Notes: a model not told the origin generated them from the sequence alone. Positions 49,901 through 58,311 are shown, counted from the stretch's first letter. The stretch is 64,000 bases of DNA from Candidatus Latescibacterota bacterium (GCA_965203805.1 OZ241917.1:2464001-2528000), one strand, 5' to 3'. Made by a program: numbers and translations.

Positions 49901-51400
49901 GCTTTCTTTGGGCGGAGGTTCGGGCAAGGGCCGTGAAATTTTCTCTTCTGCATATTCAGGCAGTGCATAAACAGCTTGATCTACTTTCTTTATTCTGCCT
50001 GTGCGTTCTAAATTTTGAAGCACGTAATTGACTCGCGTTGCCGACAATCCTCCGGGAAAGTCCAGGAATAACCTCTGAGCCGTTGCTGCTATATCTTTGA
50101 AGTGGGCGGGGCATTTCAGGGTATTCAGCGTGCGAATTATGCAAGATGGCAATCGTCTGGGGGACCGGTGACTTTCTTCTGCGCGATCAAATAAAATGTC
50201 CCCTTCTGTTTTGCTAAAGTCGCCAAGGCATTTTCGCGCAGCAGACAGATATCCTTCTTTGTCAATATTATATTCATCCTCCCAAGTTTCCAGTCCGGGC
50301 AAATTTGCAGAGTCCTCCGCCCAGTTTACCCACAGCCAGTCACTATCATAGACCTGGATTGGTGTTACCATTGCCATTGTTCTCAAAATTTGGCACAAAC
50401 CACGGCGGGTGATCCGTCTTCCAAAGTAACCTTCCATCTTTTCTGCAATCGTATCAGGATGCACAAGACGTATGGACGGCAAATCAAATAGGTTTTGACC
50501 TAAAGCATAACCAAACGACTTCCGATGTGTAGGGTGCTGAAGCCGGTCAACCGCCTTTTTCACTTTCTGCCGTACTCTTTCCTTTGTAATCCGTAACGAC
50601 AGACCCAATTCTTCAAGTGTGTGTCCATCGAGTATCCTTCTCTCAAACAATGTCCTTTCGTCGTCATCAAACTGAGATAACCAGTAATCGTTATGGGCAC
50701 CATCCAGTTGGACCGGCTTTGACATTTCACATTGAGCGCGCACCTCAAATCCATCCCAGAAAAGTACAAATTCAGTTTGCAGTCCCCAATATTGACAAAA
50801 TGAAAGGAATGTACGCATGTAGGCGGCAGATATGTTATCCACACCTGATTTTTCAATGACTCCTACCTGTTCCAATAGAGTCCACAGTTCGTCTGGCTCC
50901 AATTGATAGGGGCTGGCTATCAAACGGCAGATTCTCTCGCCAAGCGTTTCAGTGATGAGTTCTCTTGGTTCTGCCTGTGAGCACCAGGTCAGTAGGCATC
51001 TACAGGCCGATTCAATCAGCGTTTTTCGCGATATAAATCCCATCGGCGAACATCTGTCTTTGTGCTCAAGAACAACATAAACGGGATGATGAAGCAGAAC
51101 CTTTTCTAACTGCGATAGCGAGACAGCAGATTTGTCGTATACAGGTTCGATCCAATCGTGAATTTGCTCTGCTGTACGCGCAGGTGCAGGAATTTTCGCA
51201 TTCCAACCGAGCAACTCTTCGACGTATTTCAAGTCTTCGAAAGCGCAACTTTCAATTTCATTAGGTAGTCCTTCAGCCGGAGAATCAATCGATGCATACG
51301 GATAATTGGACATGTCCCATCGAACGCGACAATTGATGTGTTTATAATTCGAAAATGATGGTCCTGCATTAACCTTCCCCATAGACACATCCCTCAACAT
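46928..51400 (-). CDS. Large hypothetical protein with sigma70 region-4 HTH, HARE-HTH-like winged helix and a ~1000-aa uncharacterised C-terminal region (DruH-position partner; start uncertain)
   Basis: TLEELGLSLRITKERVRQ; PAHFKDIA..RVNYVL..GRIKKVDQAVYALPEY; ends 9 bp before the helicase ATG. Confidence 0.8.
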   Translation of the reverse strand: MLRDVSMGKVNAGPSFSNYKHINCRVRWDMSNYPYASIDSPAEGLPNEIESCAFEDLKYVEELLGWNAKIPAPARTAEQIHDWIEPVYDKSAVSLSQLEKVLLHHPVYVVLEHKDRCSPMGFISRKTLIESACRCLLTWCSQAEPRELITETLGERICRLIASPYQLEPDELWTLLEQVGVIEKSGVDNISAAYMRTFLSFCQYWGLQTEFVLFWDGFEVRAQCEMSKPVQLDGAHNDYWLSQFDDDERTLFERRILDGHTLEELGLSLRITKERVRQKVKKAVDRLQHPTHRKSFGYALGQNLFDLPSIRLVHPDTIAEKMEGYFGRRITRRGLCQILRTMAMVTPIQVYDSDWLWVNWAEDSANLPGLETWEDEYNIDKEGYLSAARKCLGDFSKTEGDILFDRAEESHRSPRRLPSCIIRTLNTLKCPAHFKDIAATAQRLFLDFPGGLSATRVNYVLQNLERTGRIKKVDQAVYALPEYAEEKISRPLPEPPPKESTKTLLGGSILDYDAILAGIDRRGDCYRNIFIGLDPKDPDAIREAILRIIKAVGNLPKPCSLCELRINHEGYQWLILWAKHIDASTLRAILDNYDEPIEWGEGEVAPIALGTGLLLLLFAVEVGRREAVSSMLWPFVRRRFSDDARRVIFQGEQSINQRFKDIIESTCRKFNLRHVLGHEGTQSYYITMTLQYGFALSHLKQLPLTLTGHKNLRSIDFLLGTHPTSESFHCLFHTLRDFRFNHISRDIAAKILDVNPWVLPEKTEDVLDAAMSVENLEDKLSTTDNVEVAAEDDEQHILLIDKPRLRWVGVAVPFFECSLKQLDLIDIIDDRYDLFVGERYEGSLYRDNNGNYGGIEEIRIHLDSPLQIIRLCDSEGKTCYTQDLQLWNDEDDLMVSIFRYPSGSKIDAWNGQMDTQSQYVLITLKDLEVEPSIEPWRLVGEGKWRLILLEKGWTPDLKITFEGEDFWSPMFEPSDQSKSSHLDWERKIQINAVPNTQLEFGDRFDLIIKSTIPDVEISHAIFCKKPLTVTTLTGEKRIENIELTPEIAFAVWQGSKIELHLVHNGEIKRLRLPVDLDFIGSAIYRKTHWEPMSVLRGVTIQELESNRVQVFVPNPWRGGHFNDLALMEGTVFLRRLWKRPRTLGGLVGLGAPLKVQKPYNCLPGEKLLTLSTAVIDRGTIDRVLMDGTCVEIFLHRDVDPGPDHLLIGLSHSGLASQFKIRAYDGRKWLAEVSHPLIACGIAYRGECIGSWWEDSIDISGFLDTEDVQNVAAMMRWLHFPILKLTWKEKIIRFLETELVAVLSAWMQDQGLVKGLCFNETFDTWLATIGELFSQVQVDPKQASELVGLMIRDGFCVNFGEVLQCLGNINPIFMGNVLQGLVVSNYGNFSESEWIDHLKSVKRRFLLLPSRASERDVRVEEERYLNEAAQSMMLDPFFVKNTAQNGAKLVKVGHKQPLTTIERENLEIIMNVQPFNRYLCINILNDIVLNL

Positions 51401-51555
51401 TGGGGCGGTGATTGGAATTAGCCTCGGTTCGTTCTCAAATATTGACGTACGTTGGTTCAGTCGTCACATCGCAACCTGTCTCACCCTTGGAAAACGGAAT
51501 TGACTCCGCCCGTCGTTCCATCGACCTCTGATCGCACCCACTTACGGCTTCTCTA

Positions 51556-52473
51556 TCACACCGGATGGCGCTCGCAGCCCAGGGCCTGCGCGATCGCCCG
51601 GATGTGAGACGGCCCCGCGCCGCAGCACGCGCCGATGAAGTTGATTCCCTCGGCTTTCGCCTTCAGCGCGTATTGGGCCATCTCGCTTCCCGATACGATC
51701 ATCGATTCGCGGATCACCGAATTGTTGGGACCGGCATTGCGATAGCCCTGCGGCTGGTAGGCGATGGGGATGTCCACGGCTTCCCGCATCGCCAGGACCC
51801 CCGGCCACATGGTCATCGAGTCGCCGGAGCAGACCAGACCCACGATATCCGCGCCTTCGTCCGCCAGGACCTTCGCGCACTCCGCGGGCGTGGCGCCGTC
51901 GTGCGTCCGGCTGCTCGAGCCCATCAGCACCATCGCGGGAACGTCGGTTTTCTTGCAGCGAGACAGGCACAGCCGGGCCTCGTCGAGGCGGGCGAACGTT
52001 TCCGGCACCAGAAGTCCGGCGCCCGCGTCCACCATCCAGGAAATGTGTTCGTCCCACTCCGCGCATGCCCGCTCCCGCGCACGTGCATTGCCGGGTTGAT
52101 AGATATACGGCCCCGTCCAGGAGCCCGCGGCCGTCTGGTTCAGGCAGCCGGCGACAAGGGCTTCATCGCCGGAAGCCTCCCGGGCCAAACGGATTGCCGT
52201 ACGGGAAATCTCCTCGAGCCGGGCCGCCTCCCCGTCGGCCCCCTCACCCGATATGTCGCGGCGTTCCAGTTGCGACCGGCTGGTCCACCAGGTCTGCGCC
52301 TGGAGCACGTGGGAACCGGCCCTGTAGAAATCCTGATGGATCTGACGCAGCGCGTCCGGATCTTCCAGAATCATCGCGGGCGTATCGTACCCCCGCCACC
52401 TGGCCTCGATAATCATCCCCCCATCGCTCAGAACAACGCCCTCTTCCAACATCTTCAACAGGTCCATTCCCAT
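51556..52473 (-). CDS. Homocysteine S-methyltransferase (BHMT/MmuM-like) family protein with Zn ligands intact
   Basis: LSDGG, HQDFYRAGS, PETF, VGLVC, IGACCG. Confidence 0.9.
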   Translation of the reverse strand: MGMDLLKMLEEGVVLSDGGMIIEARWRGYDTPAMILEDPDALRQIHQDFYRAGSHVLQAQTWWTSRSQLERRDISGEGADGEAARLEEISRTAIRLAREASGDEALVAGCLNQTAAGSWTGPYIYQPGNARARERACAEWDEHISWMVDAGAGLLVPETFARLDEARLCLSRCKKTDVPAMVLMGSSSRTHDGATPAECAKVLADEGADIVGLVCSGDSMTMWPGVLAMREAVDIPIAYQPQGYRNAGPNNSVIRESMIVSGSEMAQYALKAKAEGINFIGACCGAGPSHIRAIAQALGCERHPV

Positions 52474-52555
52474 TCCAGTCCTCCTTTGCAATATTCATCC
52501 CAAGCCCTGCTCATTGCTGCTGCGAATGCCGGCGGCGACGATCCCCCGTTGCCTC

Positions 52556-53491
52556 TCAACGCGGTCGGAGTTCGATGTGTTTTCGCTCGCAGTCCAATGC
52601 CTGGGCCATCGAACGGAGGAGTCGCACGACCGCCCCGCCGGACCCGCCCAGAAACCGGATATCGTGCGCAATCGCTTTCAACGCGTACTGTCCCAGCTCC
52701 ATCCCGTAGACGTGCATGGCCTCCCGCATGTGCTTCCAGTGCGCCCGGCACGTGCGGTAGCCATTCGGCAGAAAGGCGATCGGCGTGTCCACGGCCTCCC
52801 GCATTTCCAGCACCACCGGCCACAGGTCCTCCGGTTCCCGAATGCCGCCCCCGCCCACGACGTCGGCGCCGTCGCCTGCCAGAGCACGTGCGCACTCGGC
52901 CGGCCCGGCACCGTCGGCGGTGACTTCGTCGTCTCGTAGCAGGGGATTGTTCAGTCTCCCTTCCGGCAACACGACGTCCACGGAAACCACGACGGGAAGC
53001 GCGGTCTTCCTGCAGCACGCCAGCGCGAGGCGTGCTTCGTCCAGCCGACCGAACGACTCGCAGACGAGCATATCCACACCCTCGCCTGCCAATATCTCCA
53101 CCTGCTCGTCCCACTCCGCCCGGGCGCGGTCCGCCGATCCGGCGTCGCCGGCCTGAAAGGCCCCCGTGGGAGACAGCGTACCCGCCACCAGCGCTTCCGC
53201 TCCGGCCGCGCGTTTCGCCAGGGCCACGGCCCGCCGGTTCAATGCGTCGACCGGGTCGCCCCCACCCCCTGTTCCCCGTTCGCCAACGCCGGTTCGCGTA
53301 CACCGGCCCGTGAGGGCTCTGATCACACCGGCGCCGGCCCGGAAGTAATCCTGGTGAGCCAGCCGCACCGCGTCCGGGAAGTCCTCGAGCACCCACGGCG
53401 CAGCGTATCCCCGCAGTCTCAGTTCCTCCACGTTCCCGCCATCGGCCAGCACGAACCCTTCTTCAAGGGTACTCAGAACGGACTCAGGCAT
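52556..53491 (-). CDS. Homocysteine S-methyltransferase family paralog lacking the Zn-binding cysteines
   Basis: LADGG, HQDYFRAGA, CESF; VGGGG and LGGSGG replace VGxxC and GGCCG. Confidence 0.85.
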   Translation of the reverse strand: MPESVLSTLEEGFVLADGGNVEELRLRGYAAPWVLEDFPDAVRLAHQDYFRAGAGVIRALTGRCTRTGVGERGTGGGGDPVDALNRRAVALAKRAAGAEALVAGTLSPTGAFQAGDAGSADRARAEWDEQVEILAGEGVDMLVCESFGRLDEARLALACCRKTALPVVVSVDVVLPEGRLNNPLLRDDEVTADGAGPAECARALAGDGADVVGGGGIREPEDLWPVVLEMREAVDTPIAFLPNGYRTCRAHWKHMREAMHVYGMELGQYALKAIAHDIRFLGGSGGAVVRLLRSMAQALDCERKHIELRPR

Positions 53492-53630
53492 AAATAGCCT
53501 CCTCTCCTTTATCCATCTCACAACAGTCTATACAAGTGGCCAATTTGAAGACCCCAAAAATGGTAAACCCACTCAAGAATTGCTTACCTGAAAGCGACGG
53601 GCTTTACGTCACAAATCAACTTCCTTCCTT

Positions 53631-53788
53631 GCCCTTTTTCTTGCTGCGCCCAAGAAAAAGGGCGAAAAAGAAGGGCGCCTGCCTGCCGAGCAGGCTTCGG
53701 CCTGTCTGCCGTTCCAACGGGACAGGCAGGCGCAGGCAGGCCGCTCGGCGCCTGTCTGCGTGCGTGAGACAGCACGCACAGGCAGGCG
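53631..53788. repeat. Cluster of nested palindromic REP-like elements
   Basis: Perfect 13-bp hairpin GCCCTTTTTCTTG/CAAGAAAAAGGGC (53631-53663); three CCTG(C/T)CTGC left arms with CAGGCAGG right arms. Confidence 0.8.
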
Positions 53789-54067
53789 GGGCCGGTTTTT
53801 CCGTGAACCAACTCACTGCCGTAGTTGGAAATTGGCTGCCCTGTTACCGGATTAGGCCATCCCAAGCGATGGTGCTGGACGGAATAGCACGGAAAAACCC
53901 CCCACACCACAACCGTACGCTACAAACGTCCTCGCGAAGATTCGTTCGATTATGTTCTTACGCGATATCGCGCTTACAATCCCCCCACTCCGCCACCGGC
54001 TTACCCCCTATTCCGCTTCCTGAACGAAGGAGGAACTACCACCGCTTGGTGGACGCCTGTCTCTTCT

Positions 54068-54132
54068 CCCCCTCTCCTCACAGGAGAGGGGGCCTGCCTG
54101 CCGGTGGTTTTTCGGCAGGCAGGGGGGAGAGG
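54068..54132. repeat. REP-like hairpin with an adjoining CCTGCCTGCCG/CGGCAGGCAGG palindrome
   Basis: CCCCCTCTCCT/AGGAGAGGGGG (54068-54092) directly followed by an 11-bp-stem hairpin (54093-54123). Confidence 0.8.
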
Positions 54133-54198
54133 TCTGCGGCCGCTATGGCCCTGCCACTTCACGGCGCTGACGCCGGTTTTGCCTTTCGCTTCTTGTCT

Positions 54199-54350
54199 TT
54201 GCTTCAAGCTGACTGCTTGTTGCTGGTTTGTCTTTCTTTGTGTCTTTGTGTCTTCGTGTGAGTTGAATGTCGTTTTGCTCTGCGCTGACCGGTTTATGTC
54301 TTATTGTTCTTGCTTCAAGCTGACTGCTGATGGCTGACCGCTGATCGCTG
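54199..54350. repeat. Direct and short tandem repeats downstream of DUF6785 paralog B
   Basis: 19-bp TTGCTTCAAGCTGACTGCT at 54199 and 54310; (TCTT[T/C]GTG)x3 at 54235-54258; (GCTGANN)x4 at 54319-54346. Confidence 0.75.
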
Positions 54351-54354
54351 CTCT

Positions 54355-56358
54355 TCAATGCCAGCTGTGAACCCTGTGCCCCGAATGCGGGAACCAGATG
54401 GCATCCACGACCGTACCCGCGATCACCGCGACGATGTATGCCGTGAGGATCCCGATGAAAAAGGGCAGCGATCGCCGGTAGAATGCCGTGCCGCCGATCC
54501 TGAGCATGAGGAATTTGATCAGCCACGCGACCAGCAACGTGAGGCTTTCCAGCCTGGCGAAAATCGTCCCCGACAAAGCGAACCCGATCGGATGCAGCCG
54601 CCACCGGGGCAGCCGGTACCGCATCAGGTTCAGGGCCGTCATCACAACCACGCCCGCCAGGAACAGCCAGTATTCCACGGCCAGGATGGGCCGGGGGTTG
54701 CGCAGGGCGTCGACGGCCAGGCCGTAGTGCCATTCACCCTCGTGAAGGATCAGCCAGTTCGGCTGGAAATTGTATCCCCCCATGGTGTAGGCCATCCAGA
54801 CCGTCTGGAGCGTGGAAACCACCGTACCGACCATGAACGCCCCGAACACCCCCCAGAAAAAGCGCCGCTTGCCTTCGGGGATGAAGTCCCCCAGCCGGTT
54901 CACCTGCGCGATCACCGGCAGCGCGAAACTCCTGGGGTGGTTGGCCGTGAACGACAGCAGGCTGGAGGCGGCGTTCGTGGACGGGTTCAGCCTGTGCGCT
55001 CCGCCCAGCCCGAACAGCGCGTAGTCCCAGGCCACCGCCGGCGGATCCACGTAGACCAGCCCCGAGTCGGCGACCACCTTCGCCACGCCGATGTAGACGA
55101 TGAACATGGCCGGCGTCAAGACCAGGATCATACCCGGCTCGATCCCAATCTGCGCGAGCCATGCCACAATGTACACGCAGCAGACGACCAGCCCGATCAC
55201 AGCCGTGCGATAGGATATCCATTCCCGGCTGTCGTCCAGGGCGGAACCGCCGGGGCGTACCGCCTTCCGGAAGACCTCCCGAAGGTGCCCCCTGGAAATC
55301 CAGAGCCACCAGATGACCAGCGCCGCGAAGGCGCCGGCCGTCTGGAACTTGTAGCTCGTCAGGTTGTACGGACCGGAACCGTAGTGCGGGGACGTCGCCA
55401 CCACGCCCAGCCGGTTCAGAATCCCGGCTTCGATCATGTACAGGATATCGAAGAACCAGATGCTGAAGAGGACTTCCAGGTTGGCGAAATAGGAAAAGCA
55501 AATGACGAATATGCTCAGATAGATACAAAACGGGGGATACTGTTTGGGCAGGAGGTCCCACACATAGTTCATGCGGGTGTTCATCACCTTCGGAAAGGCC
55601 GGATAGAACCAGTGCACCATATTCAGCCAGAAAACCCCCGACGTCAGCCCGAAGCCCGCCCAGAACGCCTTTCCTTTCATGAACTCCGGCAGGGCCCGCG
55701 CCCCGGACCCGCTCCGGTTCGCCATCTCCAGGACCGGTGTCAGCGCGGGGTACACCAGCTTTTCGTGGTCCGCCCACTGGCGGTGAAGAATCACCGACAC
55801 GCACACACAGGCGAACCCGAGAACGGCGATAAAGCCGAACCACCACAACAGCGGCCCCCACCAGTCGTGCCAGGGAACGGACATCCCGGAAGGAAGCCCT
55901 TCGAAAAACAAGGTGATGGACTGCCGTTCGTCCGTTGAGATCAACCAGCCGGGAAGGTGCGGGTGCAGAAACTCCGACCACCGGTTCTCCGGCGTGGCGA
56001 AGTAGTAGGGCGCCACCATCTGGCTGACCAGATATCCGCTGATACCGTAGGTGGGGCCCATGGCGCTGATGAGCGCCATACCGAAAATCGTGATCCACTC
56101 CGCGGGCGCCAACACGAAACGCCGGCCGAACCAGCGTGCGAGCGCGGCGCAGATGAGCAGCGACAACAGAAAGAGCAGCAGGTCGCCCATCGGAATCAGG
56201 CTGATGGCCATATACGACCCGTGCTGGACGTACCGCATCGTATTGGCGAGCAGATTGACGGCTACGGACAGCCCGAGCCCGAATACGACGGCGCGAGTCG
56301 TTACGCCCTGGCGCACCGGGCGCTGTCTCCGCGCTGCTGCCGTGCCGCCGTCCGCCAT
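54355..56358 (-). CDS. DUF6785/DUF6784-type polytopic membrane protein (putative transporter), paralog B
   Basis: Same motifs as 36715-38742 and collinear with it over the full length. Confidence 0.85.
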   Translation of the reverse strand: MADGGTAAARRQRPVRQGVTTRAVVFGLGLSVAVNLLANTMRYVQHGSYMAISLIPMGDLLLFLLSLLICAALARWFGRRFVLAPAEWITIFGMALISAMGPTYGISGYLVSQMVAPYYFATPENRWSEFLHPHLPGWLISTDERQSITLFFEGLPSGMSVPWHDWWGPLLWWFGFIAVLGFACVCVSVILHRQWADHEKLVYPALTPVLEMANRSGSGARALPEFMKGKAFWAGFGLTSGVFWLNMVHWFYPAFPKVMNTRMNYVWDLLPKQYPPFCIYLSIFVICFSYFANLEVLFSIWFFDILYMIEAGILNRLGVVATSPHYGSGPYNLTSYKFQTAGAFAALVIWWLWISRGHLREVFRKAVRPGGSALDDSREWISYRTAVIGLVVCCVYIVAWLAQIGIEPGMILVLTPAMFIVYIGVAKVVADSGLVYVDPPAVAWDYALFGLGGAHRLNPSTNAASSLLSFTANHPRSFALPVIAQVNRLGDFIPEGKRRFFWGVFGAFMVGTVVSTLQTVWMAYTMGGYNFQPNWLILHEGEWHYGLAVDALRNPRPILAVEYWLFLAGVVVMTALNLMRYRLPRWRLHPIGFALSGTIFARLESLTLLVAWLIKFLMLRIGGTAFYRRSLPFFIGILTAYIVAVIAGTVVDAIWFPHSGHRVHSWH

Positions 56359-56373
56359 GGATCCCCCGTTCGC

Positions 56374-57579
56374 CTACGGCGAGCGCAACCCCACGCCGCC
56401 CGGGTCCGCGGGAAACTCGCCCGCCGCCCGATCCCCGTTCGGGCGAAAATCGGGAACCCGCATCAACCGGCTCCCCTCCTGTATCGAGTCGATCGCCCGT
56501 ACGGCCGCGGCGACCGTATCCATGGCCCTGTACACGTCAAAGTCCAGCGCCCTCCCATTCAGGACCGCGTCGCGAAAGTGCATATGCACATAGGAATCCG
56601 CGTCGCCGTGGCCGCTGCCGCGCGCCTCGGGAGCCGCATCCGTGCGTTCGTAACGCCAGTCCACTTCCGACCAGTCGTTCATCTGTGCGTCCGCGAACCA
56701 GGCTTTCGGCATCTCGCTGCGGGACCGGCGCCACTCCAGACTCCCCTTCGTGCCGATCAGCTGCCACCAGTGGTGGTCACCGTGCGGCCGCGGCTGCGTG
56801 TGGCCGTCCAGCATGCGAATCAACGTATCCTTTTCGGTCTTCATCAGCGCCACCTGCACATCGGGCTTTCCAATCTGGGGATGCGCGTAGCTCGGTCTCT
56901 TCGTGCTCATCGCCGTCACTTCGGTCACCCGGTCGTCCAGGATCTTCAGCAGGATGCTCAGGTCGTAGGAGGAGGCGATGATGGGCGGCGTATCGTGGGG
57001 AAACGTCGGACGGGCTTCGGGATGCTCGGGCAGTTCCTCAATTGAATATTGCCTGCCGGTTGCGTAGTCCTGAAAAAACTGATGCGTACCGTAATACCCG
57101 ACGTACTGGCCTTCGGCATACGTAATCTTGCCCAGGCGTCCATCGTCAACCAGGCGCTTCCATCCGTCCACGAACCCCCAGAACCGGGTCTGCTCCGCCA
57201 GGCTGTAGACCAGCCCCGTACGCTCCACGTTGGTTACGATTCGCCAGCATTCCTCCATCCTGTACGCGCCCGGCACCTCGCTGTTCACGTGCTTGCCCGC
57301 TTCCAGCGCCTCCGCCGCCATCCGCCCCACCTCGCGCTGCCGCACCACAAGGCCCACCGCATCCATCGGTTCGTAAGCCAGAAACGCTTCGTAGCTGCCG
57401 AACGCCGGCACTTCGTCCCGATAGGAGATCTCGGCAAGGGCCCGAGCCTGAAGCGGCTCGATCCAGTCGTAGACGGCCGCGATCCGGTAGCCGGGAATGT
57501 TCTGAAGCAGCCTGATCCAGTGCAGCCCCCTGTTTCCCAGGCCCGCGATCCCGATGCGTATTTCATCCATAGCCTTCAC
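56374..57579 (-). CDS. Gfo/Idh/MocA family oxidoreductase (GH109-like), paralog B
   Basis: Long blocks identical to 40073-41293 (e.g. ECWRIVTNVERTGLVYSLAEQTRFWGFVDGWK). Confidence 0.92.
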   Translation of the reverse strand: MKAMDEIRIGIAGLGNRGLHWIRLLQNIPGYRIAAVYDWIEPLQARALAEISYRDEVPAFGSYEAFLAYEPMDAVGLVVRQREVGRMAAEALEAGKHVNSEVPGAYRMEECWRIVTNVERTGLVYSLAEQTRFWGFVDGWKRLVDDGRLGKITYAEGQYVGYYGTHQFFQDYATGRQYSIEELPEHPEARPTFPHDTPPIIASSYDLSILLKILDDRVTEVTAMSTKRPSYAHPQIGKPDVQVALMKTEKDTLIRMLDGHTQPRPHGDHHWWQLIGTKGSLEWRRSRSEMPKAWFADAQMNDWSEVDWRYERTDAAPEARGSGHGDADSYVHMHFRDAVLNGRALDFDVYRAMDTVAAAVRAIDSIQEGSRLMRVPDFRPNGDRAAGEFPADPGGVGLRSP

Positions 57580-57600
57580 TCCCTAAACGGTTTACAACGC

Positions 57601-58311
57601 TCAGTCGAGCTGAAACCGGATGTAGATGTACATACGCACCTCAACCGCCTCGCGGTTCTGGTATCCGGGAAGATATCGGAATTTCGATAGGGCGTCCAGC
57701 GATGCTTCGTGAAACAGCTCGTGTCCCTTGAGCACCACGCTGTCTTTGACCCGGCCGTCCTTTCCCACCGTAAACTCCATCAGGACGACGCCCTCCAGGC
57801 CCTCCCGCCGCGCGACTTCCGGATACGCCGGATCCACCTGTTCGAGGAGTCTGGGTTTCCGTTCCACGAACCGGGCGGGATAGACCACGTCCCCGTCCAC
57901 CTCCTCGTCCTCATAGGGAGCCGGGACAAGCGTGTCCGGGGGCGCGGCGAGACGTGTGGGCACCGGGTCGAAGTCGAGTTCGGCCGTCGCGGAAACGGTG
58001 ATCTCTTCGGGCAGCACGTCGCGGCTTTCCGTTTCAAGGGGCACGGACGGCCGAACCAGAATCGGCAGTCTCACGCCCTGCCGGGTCTCCGGCACCTCAG
58101 TAACCTGGATGAGAATCGGATGTTTCTCGGAGGCTGGCGCGCGGAGCCTGAAGGCAGGGAAAGTAAAGGCAACGGCGGCGTGGAGGACGAGCGAAATCCC
58201 GACGCACAAGGGGAAGACCTTTCGATACTGCGCCTTCAAGTCCGCTTCGGGACGTCGGGTTCGGATGATGCTTCCGGTGATCCAGGGTCTGGGAGGCAGC
58301 TGCTGCCGCAT
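57601..58311 (-). CDS. tonB: Energy transducer TonB family protein
   Basis: GGAGG RBS; TM with SLVLH; Pro-rich spacer; YPEVARREGLEGVVLMEFTVGKDGRV C-terminal domain. Confidence 0.92.
   Translation of the reverse strand: MRQQLPPRPWITGSIIRTRRPEADLKAQYRKVFPLCVGISLVLHAAVAFTFPAFRLRAPASEKHPILIQVTEVPETRQGVRLPILVRPSVPLETESRDVLPEEITVSATAELDFDPVPTRLAAPPDTLVPAPYEDEEVDGDVVYPARFVERKPRLLEQVDPAYPEVARREGLEGVVLMEFTVGKDGRVKDSVVLKGHELFHEASLDALSKFRYLPGYQNREAVEVRMYIYIRFQLD

Larger units (their letters stand above)
41540..51460. mobile_element. AT-rich horizontally acquired island (boundaries approximate)
   Basis: Abrupt drop in GC and change in codon usage relative to both flanks, judged by eye; no integrase or att repeats seen. 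Confidence 0.7.

Noticed and set aside
46928-51400. Genuine alternative sigma factor
   Set aside because: Only region 4 is recognisable; there is no region 2, and it is embedded in a 1490-aa protein.
41330-51555. Prophage, ICE or att-flanked element around the helicase island
   Set aside because: No integrase, tRNA, transposase or boundary direct repeat was visible by eye.
53536-54261. 241-aa ORF across the repeat-rich spacer
   Set aside because: It is a translation of palindromes and low-complexity repeats with no protein-like features, and it opposes the local gene orientation.
53631-54350. Possible CRISPR array in the repeat-rich spacer
   Set aside because: No constant repeat with regular unique spacers, only two copies of the 19-mer, and no cas genes.
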